64,000 bases of DNA from Candidatus Fermentibacteraceae bacterium (GTDB lineage Bacteria; Fermentibacterota; Fermentibacteria; Fermentibacterales; JCC-6). Below are positions 19,820 to 28,711 of the stretch, one piece after another. Each line of letters begins with the position of its first letter. The first letter of the stretch is position 1. Position numbers and translations under genes: made by a program. The notes under the pieces were generated by a model. The model was not told the origin of the DNA. It saw only the letters and a list, made by a program, of their open reading frames with translations, and did not search any database. The stretch lies in contig JBGSZS010000008.1 of the NCBI GenBank assembly GCA_041750285.1, forward strand, positions 32,001 to 96,000, read 5' to 3'.

Positions 19820-20730
19820 TCGATCCTGTCCAGCTGGTTCGTGGAGAGATAGAATGACAGCCTGTGTGAAACAGCCTCGTAGTCAATGTTTCTTAGGCCG
19901 TCAACGCCGAAACCCTCAATGGCGAAACTTGCGGTAACCGAGCCGAAACACATTGCCCGGGCGATGTTCTTCAAGGTCAGTTCACCGCCTGAACCCGATA
20001 GGCTTGCCAGCATTCCTGCGGCGAAACTGTCTCCCGCTCCCGTGGGGTCGACTACTTTGTCCACCGGAACAGCGGGCATGATGAAGGGCGTCTTGCCGCC
20101 CAGCACCATTGCGCCCTGGGCACCCATTTTGACAACGACGAACCTGGGACCAGCATCGAGCAGGAACCGGCCCGCTTCGAAGAGGTTCCCGAAACCCGAT
20201 ATCTGCCTTGCCTCGGATGCGTTGACGAAAAGAAGGTCAACCCGGTTCACGGCTTCGAGGACAAGCTCCCTCCTCCTGTCGATCCAGAGGTTCATCGTGT
20301 CCAGGGCGACCCAGCGCGGGGCGACGACCTGGTCCATGACCCTGAGCTGAAGCTCGGGATCGATGTTGGCAAGGAATACACAGGGGGTTTCCCTGTAGGA
20401 TTCGGGAAGCTTCGGCTCGAATCCCGCGAACACGCCAAGCTCGGTTCTCAGGGTCTGGGCATCGCCGAAATCGGGCCCGTAGACACCCTCCCAGCGGAAA
20501 GTGGGGCCCTGCCCCGTCAACATGCCCTCGAGGTCGATGTCCTTCGTGGCGAGGAACTCCAGCTCCTTCCTGGGGAAGTCGGGACCCACGACCCCCACGA
20601 TCCTCACCGAATCGAGCGGGCAGGCGGCCAGACCGAAATAGACCGCCGACCCGCCCAGTGCATCCTCAGTCTTCCCCGCGGGGGTCGTTATTGTATCCAG
20701 CGCCACTGAACCGACTACGAGAATTGACAT
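19816..20730 (-). CDS. PfkB-family sugar/nucleoside kinase
   Basis: VGSVALD, LGGSAVY, DPTGAGDSF. Confidence 0.92.
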   Translation of the reverse strand: MSILVVGSVALDTITTPAGKTEDALGGSAVYFGLAACPLDSVRIVGVVGPDFPRKELEFLATKDIDLEGMLTGQGPTFRWEGVYGPDFGDAQTLRTELGVFAGFEPKLPESYRETPCVFLANIDPELQLRVMDQVVAPRWVALDTMNLWIDRRRELVLEAVNRVDLLFVNASEARQISGFGNLFEAGRFLLDAGPRFVVVKMGAQGAMVLGGKTPFIMPAVPVDKVVDPTGAGDSFAAGMLASLSGSGGELTLKNIARAMCFGSVTASFAIEGFGVDGLRNIDYEAVSHRLSFYLSTNQLDRIE

Positions 20731-20738
20731 TGAAACCT

Positions 20739-22412
20739 CTACATTCTTTCCGGGGCGCTTATGCCCAGAACTTCAAGAAGACCCTTCAGCCCCTCCCGGC
20801 AGGCGAGGCAGAGAAGCATCCGCGCCCGGGTGAGTGAAGGATTGCCCTCGTCCATGACCTTGTGCTGCGTGTAGAACCCGTGAAATGCCGTTGCCAGCTC
20901 CGATGCCGTCTCGGTTATGCGGTGGGGCGAAAGGTCCGCAGCCGCTTCGGAGACCCTCACGGGGAGTGCCTCGAGCAGTCTGAGCAGGACCCGTTCCCTC
21001 GGTTCGCGAAGGAGGTCTGCGGCCTGCCCGGCGTCGGTGTCCCTGAAACGGTCGCCGGCAGCTCGAAGAATCCCCCCGATCCTGGCGAAGGCGTACTGAA
21101 TGTAGAACACGGGGTTTTCCTCGGAATCCTTCCGTGCCACCGCCAGATCGAAATCCATATGGGCCTCGGCCCTTCGTGTGAGGAAAAGGAATCGCGTCAC
21201 GTCGGGGCTTCCGACTTCATCAACCAGGTCCCGAAGGGTTACGAACTCCCCGGAACGGGTGGACATCCTTACCGTCTCACCACCCCTGGAGAGGGTGACG
21301 AACTGGTGAATGACCGTTCTAAGGGTGCGCCCGACCGTATCGGCTCCCAGAAGGGCCGATACGGCTGCCTCGACGTCTCTGCAGGTATCGATGTGATCGC
21401 TTCCGAAGACATCCACCAGAAGGTCGAAGCGCCTCGAGAACTTGTCGAGGTGGTAGGCGATGTCGGGCATCCGGTAGGTGTATCCCCCGCCTGCCCTGCG
21501 TACGACCCTGTCCTCCGGACGGCCCAGTGCCGTCAATTTCAGCCACAGCTTTCCGGAGCCGTCAGGGTCGTCGTACGTGAGGCCCGCCCTGTTCAGGCGA
21601 TCGATCGCTTCCTCGACAGCGCCGGGGATGAGCTCGCTCTCGGCGAAATACCTGTCAAAGGATATGTCCAGAAGTTCGAGGTCGTTCCTGATCAGATCGA
21701 ACGCGCGTCCCGTCGCTGCCTTCCTGAAGCGCTCACGGTCTTCCGGCCATGCGATTCCGGGTTCGCTCAGCAGAAGGTCACGGGCCCAGTCGAGGATGTA
21801 GGCGCCCTGATAACCGCCTTCGGGCACGGGCATGGCGCCCCCCCGGAGCTGGTCACACCGGGCGGCCAGGGACTCGGCCAGCCTGTCCATCTGTCTGCCG
21901 GCGTCGTTGAAATAGTATTCGCGTGAGACGGTCCAGCCCACGGCGGAAAGAAGGCGGCTGATGGCATCGCCCAGAACGGCCTGCCTGCAATGGCCCACAG
22001 TCAGGGGTCCGGTGGGGTTCGAACTTACGAACTCCACCAGCGCCCTGCCCCTCGGGCCACATTCGCCGAGGATCCCGGCGAGGCCCTCATTCGCCAGCCT
22101 GGCTGCCATTGAGGACAGGTAACCGTTGCTCAGGGTGATATTGACGAAACCTGGTCCGTCGACGGTCACACCTTCCACAAACGACAGACCAGAAAGCCCG
22201 TCGGCCATTGCCGACGCAATCCGCCGGGGTGGGAGCTTCAGTTCCCTGGCGAGCCCCATGGCCGAACTCGAGGCAATGTCGCCGTATCCCCTCTCGCCCG
22301 ACTCGACTGCGGCAACCGAACGAAGCTGTTCCTCGGAGCATGCGAACTCCCGGCGCAGGGCCAGGCGCATCCCCTCCGCTATCCTACTCCTGGTTGAGAA
22401 CGGGGAACTCAT
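20739..22412 (-). CDS. argS: Arginine--tRNA ligase
   Basis: GPGFVN, EFVSSNPTGPLTVGH, EYYFNDAGRQ, DIAYH, MSTRSG, NPVFYIQYA, APERM C-terminus. Confidence 0.95.
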   Translation of the reverse strand: MSSPFSTRSRIAEGMRLALRREFACSEEQLRSVAAVESGERGYGDIASSSAMGLARELKLPPRRIASAMADGLSGLSFVEGVTVDGPGFVNITLSNGYLSSMAARLANEGLAGILGECGPRGRALVEFVSSNPTGPLTVGHCRQAVLGDAISRLLSAVGWTVSREYYFNDAGRQMDRLAESLAARCDQLRGGAMPVPEGGYQGAYILDWARDLLLSEPGIAWPEDRERFRKAATGRAFDLIRNDLELLDISFDRYFAESELIPGAVEEAIDRLNRAGLTYDDPDGSGKLWLKLTALGRPEDRVVRRAGGGYTYRMPDIAYHLDKFSRRFDLLVDVFGSDHIDTCRDVEAAVSALLGADTVGRTLRTVIHQFVTLSRGGETVRMSTRSGEFVTLRDLVDEVGSPDVTRFLFLTRRAEAHMDFDLAVARKDSEENPVFYIQYAFARIGGILRAAGDRFRDTDAGQAADLLREPRERVLLRLLEALPVRVSEAAADLSPHRITETASELATAFHGFYTQHKVMDEGNPSLTRARMLLCLACREGLKGLLEVLGISAPERM

Positions 22413-22785
22413 CTCCCGCCCCTGTCTCGCCGTCCCGGTATTCTTCGTACGGCGCATCGCTCCACAGGGTTTCCAGGGAGTAATAGGCCCTGGTCTCGGG
22501 CAGGAAGATGTGCACCACGAGATCCACGAAATCCAGAAGGATCCAGCTTCCCTCGTCGTAACCTTCGCAGTGGTGCATCTTTCTCCCCAGTTTTCGCATC
22601 TCCCTTTCCACGTGGTCCGCGACGGCTCTGGTCTGTATTCTGGTGTCGGCAGTGGCCAGCACGAAAACATCCATCGTGAGAGGGAACTCGGACATGTCCA
22701 TCGCCCTCACTCCGTGACCGTGGCGCTGATGAATCGCCTCGACCACCGTGCCGAGGATGTCAGGGGTTTCGTTGATCTCCGTCAA
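22384..22785 (-). CDS. rsfS: Ribosome silencing factor (Iojap)
   Basis: DVFVLAT, EG...WILLDFVDLVVHIF...RAYYSLETLW; TTG start with GGAGG RBS. Confidence 0.92.
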   Translation of the reverse strand: MTEINETPDILGTVVEAIHQRHGHGVRAMDMSEFPLTMDVFVLATADTRIQTRAVADHVEREMRKLGRKMHHCEGYDEGSWILLDFVDLVVHIFLPETRAYYSLETLWSDAPYEEYRDGETGAGDEFPVLNQE

Positions 22786-22799
22786 TCGTTCCTCCCGTC

Positions 22800-23309
22800 T
22801 CAATTTGGGGTAACGGGCATGAATGTCCTTGTGGCAAGGTCACGCCCGAGATACACGGTAACATCAACTTCAGGTGCTCCCTGAAAGGGGATGCACCAGA
22901 CAATGCTGCTGTCGGGAACACCCAGCCGTTCCGCAACCGCGGCTGCCGCCGCAGGCCCGGGAACGTGTGAGACTATCACGGTCTCGATATAGTCGGATCT
23001 GTCAGCGTCCTGTGCGCTGGATGGGGTGATGAAGAAAACGGGACCGCTCCTCCCCTCCAGATGCCGCTGGACCTCGCGCCCCTTCCCGTTGATGCTGGTG
23101 CCGTTGTAGACCATCACCCTTACCGTGTCGGGGGAGGGGCCATCGTACAAGGGCTGCGGTATCCCGGTTGCGGGCCCGGTTGGCGGGTGCGCAGCCGGGC
23201 TGTAGACCAGCGCCAGCGTTATGGCACACCCCGACAGGATGCCAAGGACCACCTGCCATACCCTCCCGGTGTTGTTCCTGGCCGTTCTTCTGCGTCGGGC
23301 TGCGGTCAC
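22800..23309 (-). CDS. Membrane-anchored LytR C-terminal domain protein
   Basis: N-terminal TM helix, VRVMVYNGT..G, C-terminal VDVTVYLGRD; GTGA overlap with the HIT gene. Confidence 0.75.
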   Translation of the reverse strand: MTAARRRRTARNNTGRVWQVVLGILSGCAITLALVYSPAAHPPTGPATGIPQPLYDGPSPDTVRVMVYNGTSINGKGREVQRHLEGRSGPVFFITPSSAQDADRSDYIETVIVSHVPGPAAAAAVAERLGVPDSSIVWCIPFQGAPEVDVTVYLGRDLATRTFMPVTPN

Positions 23310-23797
23310 GGACTGCTCCGAAAGCCGGGTGAAAGATCTTCCCAGGCCTGCTCCAGTGACTGTGACAGGACCCGTACCCCCCCGACCGAGCTCATGAAAC
23401 TGGTGTCGCCGTTCCATCGTGGAAGGACGTGAAGATGGAGGTGTCCGGGAATTCCTGCGCCAGCTGCGCTTCCAAGGTTCCATCCGCCGTTGATGCCCTG
23501 GCATTTCATGGTTGCCCGCAGGACGCCCTCGGCTTTTCTTACCAGATCGAGCATCTCGGCGGTCTCCTCCGCCGAAGACGACGTGAAGTCGGGTACGTGA
23601 CGGAAGGGAACTATCATCATGTGGCCGTTTATGTAGGGATAACGGTTCAGAACGACGAGACAGCGTTCGCCCCGGACAAGCACAAGGTTGTCACGATCCC
23701 TCTCCGGAGGATCCCCTGCGATTCCACAGAAAACGCATCCCGTTCTTTGCTGTGAACTTACATAACCATAGCGCCAGGGGGCCCACAGGTTTTTCAA
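23306..23797 (-). CDS. HIT-family nucleotide hydrolase (Ap4A hydrolase/phosphorylase-like)
   Basis: LWAPWR, CVFC, LNRYPY..GH, AGAGI..HLHLHVLPRW.GD. Confidence 0.93.
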   Translation of the reverse strand: MKNLWAPWRYGYVSSQQRTGCVFCGIAGDPPERDRDNLVLVRGERCLVVLNRYPYINGHMMIVPFRHVPDFTSSSAEETAEMLDLVRKAEGVLRATMKCQGINGGWNLGSAAGAGIPGHLHLHVLPRWNGDTSFMSSVGGVRVLSQSLEQAWEDLSPGFRSSP

Positions 23798-24741
23798 GCG
23801 CCGCTCCTCACTGAACCCTCGGTCAGCTCGCAGTCGATCGAAGCGTTCTCGACAACGCAGAAATCAAGAAGCCGCGCGGTCGAGGCCAGAAAAGAGGCCC
23901 CCGAAACCCTGCAGCACCTTCCTATGAAGGCTCCGGGCTCTATGACAGCGCTGTCCTCGATCCAAACGCCGTCGGGGTCGGGAATGGCAACTCCGGACAG
24001 AAGCAGTTCATCAACGACCCTTTTCTTCATGGCCCTTGTGCACTCTGCCAGGTGAAGGGGGTCATTCACGCCGCGAACCTCGAGCCAGTCCGGGGATGCC
24101 ACGGCGGATACCCTTCGCCCGCCTGCAAGCGCCACTTCAACGGCATCCGTGAGGTAGTACTCACCCTGGGTGTTCCCGTTCCCTATCCCTGAAAGCAGGG
24201 TGGCAAGGCATGTCGCATCGAAGACCATGATGCCGGTGTTGATCTCGTTGCACGAAAGCTCTTCCGGTGTTGCGTCCCGGTGTTCGACGATCTTCCTGAC
24301 CGAGCCGTCCACATCCCTGATTACCCTTCCGTAACCGGAGGGATCGGGGGGAACCGCAGTGAGTACCGACATTGCCGCTCCGGCTGAACGGCGACATTCA
24401 ACAAGTTCCCTGATGGTCTCGACCCTGAGAAGCGGGACGTCTCCAAGAAGTACAAGAACCTCCGTTGCCTGCCCGATCAGGGGCAAGGCGCACTGAAGAG
24501 CGTGGGCAGTGCCGAGCTGAGGTTCCTGAATGACCCATGAGACACCGGAATCATCAAGCAAGGGCGTAACGAGTTCCCTGCCGAAGCCCACGACAGCGGT
24601 GATCCCCTCGCAACCTGCCCTTGCCGCGGTTTCAGCGACCCTGAGTATCATCGGTTTTCCCAGAACGGGGTGAATCACCTTCGGCAGAGATGACTTCATT
24701 CGTGTTCCCTTGCCGGCGGCCAGTATGACGGCATGGATCAT
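23794..24741 (-). CDS. glmU: GlmU-like N-acetylglucosamine-1-phosphate uridylyltransferase, C-terminally short
   Basis: ILAAGKGTRMKSSLPKV, QLGTAHA, GDVPL, GYGRVIR, EINTG, EYYLTD, GVND; only 315 aa. Confidence 0.85.
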   Translation of the reverse strand: MIHAVILAAGKGTRMKSSLPKVIHPVLGKPMILRVAETAARAGCEGITAVVGFGRELVTPLLDDSGVSWVIQEPQLGTAHALQCALPLIGQATEVLVLLGDVPLLRVETIRELVECRRSAGAAMSVLTAVPPDPSGYGRVIRDVDGSVRKIVEHRDATPEELSCNEINTGIMVFDATCLATLLSGIGNGNTQGEYYLTDAVEVALAGGRRVSAVASPDWLEVRGVNDPLHLAECTRAMKKRVVDELLLSGVAIPDPDGVWIEDSAVIEPGAFIGRCCRVSGASFLASTARLLDFCVVENASIDCELTEGSVRSGA

Positions 24742-25098
24742 TCAGATCACCACCGGCGAAAGGTTGTCACCGTCGGCCACAACCACCACGGGAACGGGGG
24801 GATCCTCCCTGCCTGTGTCGACAAGCACGTACTGGAGGATTATCACAAGATCGCCCGGCGCGCAGAGCCTTGCAGCGGCTCCGTTTATGCAGATAACCCC
24901 GCTTCCGGCAAGGCCCTCCACCACATAGGTTTCAAACCTGGCTCCGGTGTTCACACAGGCGACAAGCACACGTTCCCCGGGCATGATACCTGAAAGTGAA
25001 AGCAGGTCGCTGTCGATTGTTATCGATCCCACATAATTGAGGTTGGCTTCGGTTACCTTCATCCGGTGGAGCTTGGCTCCCAGAAAAGTTCTCAGCAT
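24742..25098 (-). CDS. panD: Aspartate 1-decarboxylase
   Basis: [16 protein letters not shown] self-cleavage site, RFETY, NGAAAR. Confidence 0.96.
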   Translation of the reverse strand: MLRTFLGAKLHRMKVTEANLNYVGSITIDSDLLSLSGIMPGERVLVACVNTGARFETYVVEGLAGSGVICINGAAARLCAPGDLVIILQYVLVDTGREDPPVPVVVVADGDNLSPVVI

Positions 25099-25964
25099 CC
25101 TGTCCTCCGTGAAGCATGAGGGGGTTCCAGGGAGATGTTGTCGATGAGCCTCGTGGAACCGGCATGGACAGCCGTGAGAAGCCTCACCGTCTTGTGCAGG
25201 CTGTCCGCCGGTTCCAGGGAACCGGGGTCGACCGCCTCTAAATAGGAAAGCGAAAGCAGTGGCGCCCGGGAGAGAACGTTCATGAACACACCTTTCAGCG
25301 CAGCCAGATCCGTCTCACCCTCCCCCGCCGCACCGGATACCGCCTTGAGCCCCCGGTATATATATGCTGCCTGCACTCTCTCTTCCGTTGAAAGGTAGGC
25401 GTTCCTGCTGCTCATGGCAAGACCGTCAGCCTCCCTGACGATGGGGCACTGCACGATCCCGGGTTTCAGCCTCAGGTCGCTCACCATTCTGCGAATGACG
25501 GCAAGCTGCTGGAAATCCTTCTCCCCGAATACTGCCACATCGGGTCCGATGATGTTGAACAGAGCACAGCAGACCGTGGTGACTCCCCGGAAGTGGCCCG
25601 GACGGGACGCCCCGCAAAGCCCGGCCGTGAGCCCCGTGACCTCCACGAAGGTGGAGAAACCTTCAGGATAGACGGCTTCAGGTGAGGGTGTGAAAACAAG
25701 GTCTGCCCCCTCACGTTCGAGAAGACCGCAATCGGCGTCGAGCATCCGGGGGTATCTGCCAAGGTCTTCCCCGGGGCCGAACTGGGAAGGATTCACGAAG
25801 ATCGAGACCACGACCTTCCCGCATCTTGCCCTTGCCTCTCTGACCAGGCTGAGGTGGCCTTCGTGCAGCGCCCCCATCGTTGGAACGAAACCGATGCTGA
25901 TGCCGCCGGAACTCCATTCACGAGTGATGGCAGAGGCTTCTCGCTCAAGACTGACAACCCTCAT
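25092..25964 (-). CDS. panC: Pantoate--beta-alanine ligase
   Basis: [49 protein letters not shown]. Confidence 0.97.
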   Translation of the reverse strand: MRVVSLEREASAITREWSSGGISIGFVPTMGALHEGHLSLVREARARCGKVVVSIFVNPSQFGPGEDLGRYPRMLDADCGLLEREGADLVFTPSPEAVYPEGFSTFVEVTGLTAGLCGASRPGHFRGVTTVCCALFNIIGPDVAVFGEKDFQQLAVIRRMVSDLRLKPGIVQCPIVREADGLAMSSRNAYLSTEERVQAAYIYRGLKAVSGAAGEGETDLAALKGVFMNVLSRAPLLSLSYLEAVDPGSLEPADSLHKTVRLLTAVHAGSTRLIDNISLEPPHASRRTGC

Positions 25965-26614
25965 TGCAGGAACCTTTCGAATACCGGTGAAAAACTTGAA
26001 AGCCCTCCCCGGTGATTCCCGATCGACTCGATCAGGGCCGACAGAGCCCGGGGCTCGTCAAGAGGCCTTTCAGCGCTCACCACAAGGGTCGGGAAATGCC
26101 TTTCCCTCAGGAAGAAGCTGTTGTACGAATCAACAAGCCTCTCGATCCAGCTTCTGCTGACATCCTTCTCAAAAGGCCTTCCGTGCCTGAAGAGCCTCTC
26201 CGTCAGAAAGCCCGGTGAAGCCTGCAGATAGATCGCAAGGTCGGGATCTGCTGCAGAAGGCGCCAGCGCGCCGGAGAGTTTCGCGTAAAGCCCCTGTTCC
26301 CTGTCTGAGAGGGTAGCCCTTGCGAAGATGCCGTCCCTGTGGAAGCAGAAGTCACTGACTGTCAGCCCGTGGAACAGGTCGGCTCTCCCCAGCTCACCAA
26401 GGCGTTCATACCTTTGCAGAAGGAAAGATATCTGGGTCTGGAAGGCCCACTTTCCCATATCACGGTGGAAAAGGGGAAGGAACGGGTTTTCCTCGGGTTT
26501 TTCGAGAACGAGCCGTCCGTTCAGCCTTCCGGCCAGAAGCCTGGCAAGAGATGTCTTTCCTGCTCCGGGAGGACCCTCGATAACCAGGGTTGACGGAAGC
26601 CGCAGATCAGTCAA
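25961..26614 (-). CDS. Deoxynucleoside kinase
   Basis: IEGPPGAGKTSL P-loop, ENPFL, AFQTQISFLLQRY, PDLAIYLQA; position after folK. Confidence 0.88.
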   Translation of the reverse strand: MTDLRLPSTLVIEGPPGAGKTSLARLLAGRLNGRLVLEKPEENPFLPLFHRDMGKWAFQTQISFLLQRYERLGELGRADLFHGLTVSDFCFHRDGIFARATLSDREQGLYAKLSGALAPSAADPDLAIYLQASPGFLTERLFRHGRPFEKDVSRSWIERLVDSYNSFFLRERHFPTLVVSAERPLDEPRALSALIESIGNHRGGLSSFSPVFERFLQ

Positions 26615-27107
26615 AACTGAATCCTTCACACAGTGTAATATGTGATTCATCAGGGGTTTGTGCCAGCAATTCCCCCGCAGTTCGCGAAAAGCCGGGAACC
26701 GGGTCCACAAAGACCTCGCCGAGGGGAACGAGAACGAAGCGCCTGAGGTGCATCCTGGGGTGGGGAAGGACCAGTTCTGCGCTGGTCGAGCCACCCTCGA
26801 TGAACAGGATGTCCGCGTCGATGGAGCGGGAAGCCCCCAGTTTGTGGACCGGCGCGCCGCAAAGTGACTCAATCTCGCGGCACAGAACGAGAAGCCCGTG
26901 GTCTGACCCTGACCATTCCCCCACAGCCACGAAGTTCATGAAGTCGCCTCCGGCGACCTCCCCCCACCGAGGGGTCTGGTAAACTCGGGAAAACCTGACG
27001 TTCGTCACACCGGAAGCTTTTAACAGGAAGGTGGCGGCTCTCCTGAAGCAGGCCGGAGTATCCGGCGTGTTGCCTCCGAAACCCAGGCCGAACACCCTAG
27101 TCAGCAA
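26607..27107 (-). CDS. folK: 2-amino-4-hydroxy-6-hydroxymethyldihydropteridine diphosphokinase
   Basis: LGFGGN, SRVYQT, FMN, RSIDADIL, LPHPRM..RRFVLVPL. Confidence 0.88.
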   Translation of the reverse strand: MLTRVFGLGFGGNTPDTPACFRRAATFLLKASGVTNVRFSRVYQTPRWGEVAGGDFMNFVAVGEWSGSDHGLLVLCREIESLCGAPVHKLGASRSIDADILFIEGGSTSAELVLPHPRMHLRRFVLVPLGEVFVDPVPGFSRTAGELLAQTPDESHITLCEGFSFD

Positions 27108-27423
27108 TTGTGTACACCGCACACTCCAGAGCCGGGTTCACCGGGGGGAAGGGTTTTCTCACCGTGACCCTCCACTCTCCGGGCCAGCGGGTCTTAAGCG
27201 CCCGGAGAAGCCTTTCGGCGAGCTGTTCGATGAAGTCGAAGCTCTCTCCGGAAACGGAGTCCAGCAGTGAACAGACTTCGCGGTAGTCTACGACAGACAT
27301 CGGACATACGTTTCCCGAGTGGGAAACATCAACACCGACCCGCCTTGGAAAAAGCTTCTCGCAGGGAAGCACACCAAGGAACACGTTCAGGGAAACGTCC
27401 CTCAGTTCAAGGGTTCCCTTCAC
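27097..27423 (-). CDS. folB: Dihydroneopterin aldolase
   Basis: GVLPCEK, VDYREV, FIEQLAE, VRKP; immediately upstream of folK. Confidence 0.8.
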   Translation of the reverse strand: MKGTLELRDVSLNVFLGVLPCEKLFPRRVGVDVSHSGNVCPMSVVDYREVCSLLDSVSGESFDFIEQLAERLLRALKTRWPGEWRVTVRKPFPPVNPALECAVYTIAD

Positions 27424-28640
27424 TCTTTGTCCTGCTCTTTTCTCAGCCATTGCAGAAGCCGGTTGCGGTACAGCTCCATTTCCTCGAGCCTTCCGACCGC
27501 CTGATGGATCCTGGCCTCGGGTACGGTCAGGGCGAACCTGATGAAGCCCTCTCCCCATGAGCCGAAACCGCTTCCGGGTGTTACCATGATGCCCGCGCGG
27601 TTCACAAGCTTGCCCGCGAATGCCATTGAATCGGCCCCCCTGGGCAGCCTGACCCAAAGGTAGAAGGTGCCGGGTGAATCGAATACCTCCCAGCCAAGCC
27701 TGTTCAGACCGGTTCGAAGCGTTTCCCTCCGACTGCGGTAAACCGACAGCAGTTCACCGAGATGGTCGGCAGGAAGTGACATTGCAGCCGCGCCGGCCGC
27801 CTGCAATGCGGTGAATACACCCGAATCGATGTTTTCCTTGGCGCCCATGAAGGTCTCGACAAGCCTCCTCGATCCGGCCACGAAGCCAACCCGCCATCCC
27901 GTCATGTTGAAGGTCTTGGATAGGCTGTGAAACTCGAGCACAACATCCTGAGCTCCGGGAACCTGAAGGAAAGAGAGGGGTTTTACGCCGTCGAAACGAA
28001 CATGGCTGTAAGAGTTGTCGCTTGCGAGAAGGATGTTGTGCTCCCTGCTGAAATCCACGAAGTGCTGCATCTGTTCGATGGACAGCACCGCCCCCGTGGG
28101 ATTGTTGGGGTAGTTCAGAAAAAGCACCTTGGCCTGCCTGAGCACTTCGGGGGGGATCCTGTCAAGTGCGGGAACAAAGCCCTTGTCCCAAAGCAGGGGA
28201 ACATCAAAGGGAATTGCGTCGGCAAGGATTGCGGAAGCCCTGTATACTGGATAGCCGGGGTTGGGGACCAGAACGATGTCCCCCCGGTTGCAGAACACCA
28301 TGGGAACGTGTGCCAGACCTTCCTTGGAACCGATCAGTGTGGCGATGGATTCAACCCCCGAAAGGCCGAAATCCCTTTTCAGGAATGACTTTGCGGCATC
28401 AATGAAGAAACCGCTTCCCCTGTTCCGCGGATACCTGTGGAAAGACGGTTCAAGCAGTGCTTTACGGCCTGCCTCGACAACCGCAGCGGGTGTCGGGAGG
28501 TCGGGGTCGCCAATTCCGAAATCAATTATGTCAAGCCCCCTCTTGACAGCGGCAGCCCTCTTTCTGTCAAGTTCGGCGAAGAGGTAGGGGGGAAGCTTGC
28601 TAAGCCTTTCCGAAGCGCTTATCAGGGCCCTTTTCTCCAA
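27420..28640 (-). CDS. dapL: PLP-dependent aminotransferase class I/II, LL-diaminopimelate aminotransferase-like
   Basis: PPYLFAEL, GIGDPD, LIGSKEG, NYPNNPT, EFHSLSKTFNMTGWRVG, NIDSGVF; exact substrate is inferred. Confidence 0.7.
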   Translation of the reverse strand: MEKRALISASERLSKLPPYLFAELDRKRAAAVKRGLDIIDFGIGDPDLPTPAAVVEAGRKALLEPSFHRYPRNRGSGFFIDAAKSFLKRDFGLSGVESIATLIGSKEGLAHVPMVFCNRGDIVLVPNPGYPVYRASAILADAIPFDVPLLWDKGFVPALDRIPPEVLRQAKVLFLNYPNNPTGAVLSIEQMQHFVDFSREHNILLASDNSYSHVRFDGVKPLSFLQVPGAQDVVLEFHSLSKTFNMTGWRVGFVAGSRRLVETFMGAKENIDSGVFTALQAAGAAAMSLPADHLGELLSVYRSRRETLRTGLNRLGWEVFDSPGTFYLWVRLPRGADSMAFAGKLVNRAGIMVTPGSGFGSWGEGFIRFALTVPEARIHQAVGRLEEMELYRNRLLQWLRKEQDKE

Positions 28641-28667
28641 GGCTTCTCCTTTCATCCGGCAACCCGT

Positions 28668-28695
28668 AATATACTCGGGGCGGATATCCCGTGAA
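28668..28695 (-). promoter_or_regulatory. Putative promoter for the long minus-strand operon
   Basis: TTCACG-N16-TATATT on the minus strand. Confidence 0.4.
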
Positions 28696-28711
28696 CTCCC
28701 CGAAGGGCGGC

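Noticed and set aside
20739..22670. Long N-terminal extensions given by the ORF track (argS 643 aa, likewise manC, apgM, rnhC, rubrerythrin, 58224-60092)
   Set aside because: They overlap upstream genes or spacers; downstream starts with an RBS or stop-start overlap fit the family lengths better.
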